A stretch of 62,745 nucleotides of DNA, the filler included, from Collodictyon triciliatum (lineage: Eukaryota): assembly GCA_043381765.1 (NCBI GenBank). It is 10 parts of 10 records of this genome, joined end to end, with 100 filler letters (N's around TTAATTAATTAA, not from the genome) between each part and the next. Parts side by side here need not be neighbours in the genome. Positions count along the whole stretch, not along the records: positions 60,660 to 62,745 come from JBHJMP010004128.1; 9 more parts are not named here. The stretch is one strand, 5' to 3'. The notes under the pieces were generated by a model. It was not told the origin of the DNA. It saw only the letters and a list, made by a program, of their open reading frames with translations, and made no database searches. Positions 60,950 to 62,745 of the stretch are shown one piece after another; position 1 is the first letter of the stretch; every line of letters starts with the position of its first letter. The position numbers and the translations under genes were made by a program.

Positions 60950-62546
60950 AAGCAAATGAACCAGATTCTGAGGATTCCATCCCACTTGGCCCACTCCTTG
61001 TCTCTGCTCCATCAACAAATCTCACCATTCTGAATCCCACCGAGAATCGCTCTTCTGAATCGGAGTGTCGAGTTTTGTTCGACTCCCTCTGCGAATGCGA
61101 CCCACCGTTGCCGCCCACCGCAAAGCCGATTCTCATCAGATTTCTTCCCGATCATTCGGCACTATGCTTTGTCTGTGATTCTGGTCATATCTTCCTCATT
61201 CCCATGCAACTCCCTGCTTTCTTCAACGAAGCAGACGGCGACCTCTCATCCCAGGTAGTCTTTTATTTTATTTTGCTTTGCTATGTTTCTTTTTTATTTT
61301 TTAAAAAAAAGAAAGACAAAGATTTTCATCGCATTTTACTTTCTCTTACACATGGATTCATTTTATGATACTCTTATATTTCAATCCGATGAATTAATTA
61401 TGAAAGATTTTTCATACCTGATTATTATATACCAAATCATCGAATTAACTGTAAACCACCGATTCAGATCGAATGTGTTGGGCATGTTGAGGACGGCCTT
61501 GCTGCTGCCTCATGGAGCCCTGATGGAGAGCTTTTGGTACTCATTTCATGCACCGGAAATATCCTTCTAATGACAGCAAGTTGGGATGTGTTGGCAGAAT
61601 CCCGTGTGCCCCTTTCAAGCGAGTCGAATGCTCAAATGAAATTTTCCTACCACCACTCATCGGCTTGTTGGCGCGGGGATGGAAAATACTTTGTGTGCAG
61701 CGTTTTGGATAGAATATCATGCAAGCTTTATTCACATATTACATATGTGCCAAAGATTCGTTCTTCATACTTTATGAGTTTTTGTACATATGATCAAGGT
61801 TTCTGTGAAGTACATATTATAATTCCTTTTAGCTCTCATTCCACGTCGCTTTGATATGTCATGAATAGGTCATAGGGCAATATTGGTCTATGACAGAGAT
61901 GGAAAAAAGCAAGCGACATGTGAAAACACTACCAAAGTCGAAAGTCCACTATCATGGAGGTTCCAATCAATTTTTCATCGATTTTACCCGCAACGTTTGT
62001 CTCTTTGAAACAAAAGCAAGAGAATGAAATGTTTTCCGTCAAAATTGAACACTTTGAAGTGATTATCCTTTGTTTTAAAAAAAAAATTCCTTCTCTCTCC
62101 GTGTCAATCCATATTATAGACCTAGTGGAAACTTGATTGCTGCAACAGAGAAGCAGCAGAATGGAAAATACTTTGTCGTTTTTTTCGAAAGGAATGGGCT
62201 CCGTCACGGAGAAATCATACTTCCCTTCAATTCCAGTGAAGCTGAAGTTGTCCAAATTGGTTGGAACATAGAGTCTGATGTCATCGCTGTGTTGAGCAAA
62301 AGTAAAGAAAAGGTTTTTTTTTTCTTCTGGGAGTATTTGAAGCTTGGTTGATGCAATCCAGAAATTGAATTTTTTTTATTTAGAAACCTAAGTTAAATAT
62401 ATATGTATCGTAGCATATTCTTCAACTATACTCTATGAGCAATCATCATTGGTATTTGAAGCAAGAATTTGTCTATGATAATATTCCGGGAGCTACTTTC
62501 TCATGGCACGAAGAAAAATCTTATTTCATCACTATTTTAGTTCCAG
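60950..62546 (+). CDS. ELP1: Elongator complex protein 1 (IKI3/IKAP), N-terminal part
   Basis: IECVGHVEDGLAAASWSPDGELLVL, CWRGDGKYFV, LSWR|PSGNLIA, VVFFERNGLRHGE, WNIESDVIAV, NHHWYLKQE. Confidence 0.95.
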
Positions 62547-62745
62547 GTTCATCGCAATATGAATCACACAATTACTTTCTCATGGAACACAACTCTACAC
62601 TTTACTACTTTGGACCTTTTTTTAAAACAAACAAACAAACAAACAAACAAACAAACAAACAAACAAACAAACAAACAAACAAACAAACAAACAAACAAAC
62701 AAACAAACAAACAAACAAACAAACAAACAAACAAACAAACAAACA

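Overview
Eukaryotic (protist-like), intron-rich draft genome sequence. The window is not one locus. It is ten unrelated contigs joined by artificial 100-bp linkers (44 N + TTAATTAATTAA + 44 N) at 7349, 14799, 22246, 29690, 37133, 44576, 52017, 59453 and 60560, so gene neighbourhoods across linkers mean nothing. Most contigs break at microsatellites. I assembled the gene models by hand from splice sites and family motifs. Recognisable conserved genes are a C2-AGC kinase, an RNFT-type RING-TM E3 ligase, a TMEM185-like protein, a WD40 protein, UBE2S, a GT54/MGAT4-like glycosyltransferase, a POT/PTR peptide transporter, Raptor, a metallophosphoesterase fragment, a GATA factor, AHI1/Jouberin and ELP1. 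There are also two related non-LTR retrotransposon 3' remnants. Four architectures stand out: (1) an intronless, signal-peptide-bearing protein with 21 WD40 repeats (three propellers) on a long Cys-rich stalk of 279-bp tandem repeats; (2) an LRR-Roc-COR-PH Roco protein whose GTPase motifs are all degenerate and whose LRRs are mostly one per phase-0 exon; (3) a multi-pass membrane protein followed by a pseudokinase N-lobe; (4) a calponin-homology + DUF4062 fusion. No database searches were run, so domain names come from motif recognition and novelty is unverified.
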